Positions 60,801 through 64,000 of a stretch of DNA of 64,000 bases are shown one piece after another (within the stretch, counting starts at the first letter, position 1; each line of letters begins with the position of its first letter). Position numbers and translations under genes: made by a program. Source of the DNA: the human T2T-CHM13v2.0 reference genome, Homo sapiens; NCBI RefSeq assembly GCF_009914755.1, contig NC_060929.1. The stretch is one strand, 5' to 3'. A model generated the notes under the pieces. It saw only the letters and a program-made list of their open reading frames with translations, ran no database searches and was not told the DNA's origin.

Positions 60801-61403
60801 CTTCTTTAAAAAGTAATAAGTCTTATACTAGCCATGCAAATTCACGTTTTTGCTCCCAACACCCAACTTTTTCCTGAATTTGCTTGGAAAAACATCTGGC
60901 GTTTTGGAGGATAAAGGCTTAAGGATGAGCCCCATGCTCCCTGAGGAACGGCTGAGTCTCCATGGAAGGCAGACTGTCCTTGGAGTCAGTACCCTAAGCA
61001 GGATAGTGTCCTTTTGATACGTCAAAGGGAAAAAAGGCATTTAGTTGGAAACTTGAAAACAACTGTAGCTGAAAAGATACTAGACTCGATACTTAAGAAT
61101 CTAAGCTAAAGTAAATCTTGTTTCTTGGTATTTCTCCCTCCCCAACCCCAGCAGAACTATCCTTTGCAACTGCAGTGGGAGGTTAAAATGGTTGGTATCC
61201 ATGGCTTTCTCATGAACTGAGTATTCATAATTCAGCAGCTTTTGGCTGCTAGGGTAACCTTGGAGAAATACTCTTCTAAGACTATCTAATTGTCTCACGT
61301 GATGCAACCTGATTTCTTCTAATGAAGAAACAACTGGGTATGGTGTGTATGAGACATCAGAGTGGGTAGAATAAAGCACCATCGAGCCTGGACATTTCAC
61401 ATC

Positions 61404-61540
61404 TTTTTTTTTTTTTTTTTGGTAGAGATGATGTCTCACAATGTTGCCCAGGCTGGTCTCCAACTCCTGGCCTCAGGTGATCCACCTGCCTTGGCCTCCT
61501 ACAGTGCTGAGATTACAGGCATAAGCTACTGCACCCAGCC
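61404..61540 (-). mobile_element. FLAM / Alu left monomer
   Basis: Poly(T) followed by a single antisense left arm. Confidence 0.88.
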
Positions 61541-61598
61541 AATTCCACTCTTCTTATGTAACTGATGAAGTTGTCATTATGAAAGTACTCCAATAGCT

Positions 61599-62005
<407 letters not shown>

Positions 62006-62226
62006 TCATTGTATTCCTCAACTCAGCAAAGACTGAGCCATTAGTTCATCTTCAGCCCAAAAGGAAATGCTAAAGGTAGAAAGTGAGCTCATCACGTTTC
62101 TTTGCCCTGACTAGAAAAATCTCTCAAGTATGAATTCATTTGGTTTAGTGACCTTGGCACAGTGAACTATCTTGCATCCTCTAATATACTAAATAATTTA
62201 CATGGAAGGCAAGAAAAGGAGAGCAG

Positions 62227-62675
<449 letters not shown>

Positions 62676-62854
62676 CTAAAACACACAGAAATAGATGCCA
62701 TCTCTGAGGAGGGTAATAAGGATACAGCAAATCATCCCAACCAAGATACTACTTGGATAATTTGGATAATGTAGGTGTGGTATCCCAAGGGAATTCATTC
62801 CTGGTACTACCAGTTTAACACAGGCTTTTCAGGGAATAGACAACTTCAATCTGT

Positions 62855-64000
62855 ATCATTATTATAAGCTGAATTTTTATTTTACTAAATTATCTATGTC
62901 AAAAAAATTCTGTGCCTGGCGTGGAATTTCACTCCATCAAGTGTTACAATGATTTTTTCATTTTCATTACAAGCAGGAGAATGAATGTAGGACAAGTGTT
63001 AGGAAACATGGCAATAAATTAGAATATAATTTACAAAAGCAAAAAAATTAACAGTGTACCACATTATTACTGAGTATAAAATAATAAGCAACAACTAATC
63101 ACAATAATACAAAGGTAATTTCGTTCTGTGTTACTGAGGATACCTATGTGACATTCATTCAAACAAAAAAGTTCCTAATGAAATGGACTATTTGGAAATC
63201 ATATGTATCTCACGGGGTTTAATCATTAGGGTACATTTACCGTTCCTTTTTTAGTAGGACTTTATCCCAGTGGCAGATACTGCTCCCAGGTGTAGGGTAC
63301 CAGTTTCCCTGGGGTTCCCTAAGTAGTCTATGTAGCTCACTACTTTTGGAAGGTCTGCCATGGTGGCCCAGCCTCCACTGACAATGCTATTGTTATTATT
63401 TAGGAATAGGGCATCATGTAGCCATGGGGGTGGCTACAGAGTAGCAGCAGTATTGTGATGTGCTATGAAATAGAATTGTTTTAACCTACTCAGGTTTCAA
63501 TTCAAGGCTTACTTGAAACTGTTTCATCCTGTTACATTCTGTGCGTGGCTCCCTCTAGAAAGGCACTCTGATGCTGCCCCGGGGGATGCCTGCATTTTGT
63601 TCTCAGTGCTGGGGCACATCCCAGAAGTGACACTGACTGCCCTCCTCTTCCAGCATCAGCCAAGGTGCTGTGCAGTGCCTGGGGGATGGCCCTCACAATG
63701 GTAGTTTCCAGGTGAGGTAAAAAATAGCTTTTAGTCGGTAATAAGAAATCTTTTTGAAATAAGAACATGAGCTGATATTTATGTTGGAGAAAATCAGATC
63801 TGGATTGCAAACCTATGCCTAAAATGCCACAGAAACTGCCCATCTTTTATTTATTTCACCAGGGCACATTAGCACCAAGTTAACTGTTCTTTGAAAAGGC
63901 GCAAGGGAATTCAGTGCTCGGGCCATACTACCCATGGGCTGTTTGCCCTTCACTGAATGGCTAAGACGGCACTTGGGCTGGTCTTCTAAGGGCATCTTAG
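62855..64000 (-). other. Probable 3' UTR of an unidentified minus-strand gene running off the window
   Basis: Repeat-free sequence, U-rich on the minus strand, with several upstream UGUA motifs, ending at AATAAA (62881-62876). Confidence 0.5.
62876..62881 (-). terminator. Candidate polyadenylation signal AATAAA
   Basis: tttatt on the plus strand. UGUA motifs upstream (plus-strand taca near 62945, 62969 and 63033) and GU-containing sequence downstream. Confidence 0.45.

Overview
This is primate (human/ape-like) nuclear genomic DNA, not microbial. Most of the window is interspersed repeats: about 25 Alu elements and monomers (AluJ/S/Y, FAM, FLAM), L1, L2 and L3 fragments, MIRs, MaLR and ERV LTRs, a decayed ERVL internal region at about 33.2-37.5 kb, and hAT/TcMar DNA-transposon fossils. 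I could not confidently identify any protein-coding exon. The supplied ORFs are explained by Alu/L1 remnants, GC-rich composition or chance. The non-repeat landmarks are a CpG island/promoter candidate at about 17.0-17.6 kb, a probable 3' UTR and poly(A) site of an unidentified minus-strand gene at about 62.86-64 kb, and a few weak candidate exons. The most unusual things visible in the sequence are structural: a 47-bp-stem hairpin at 32548-32660; a complex rearrangement that moved a piece of ERVL internal sequence into an MLT2 LTR and left exact inverted copies (33173-34914); several other small hairpin or template-switch scars; an L1 with both ends intact but its middle deleted; and nested L1/L1/Alu insertions at the same L1 consensus position. 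I found no evidence of a new multi-gene system. Repeat family names come from recalled consensus sequences and should be confirmed with RepeatMasker/Dfam.
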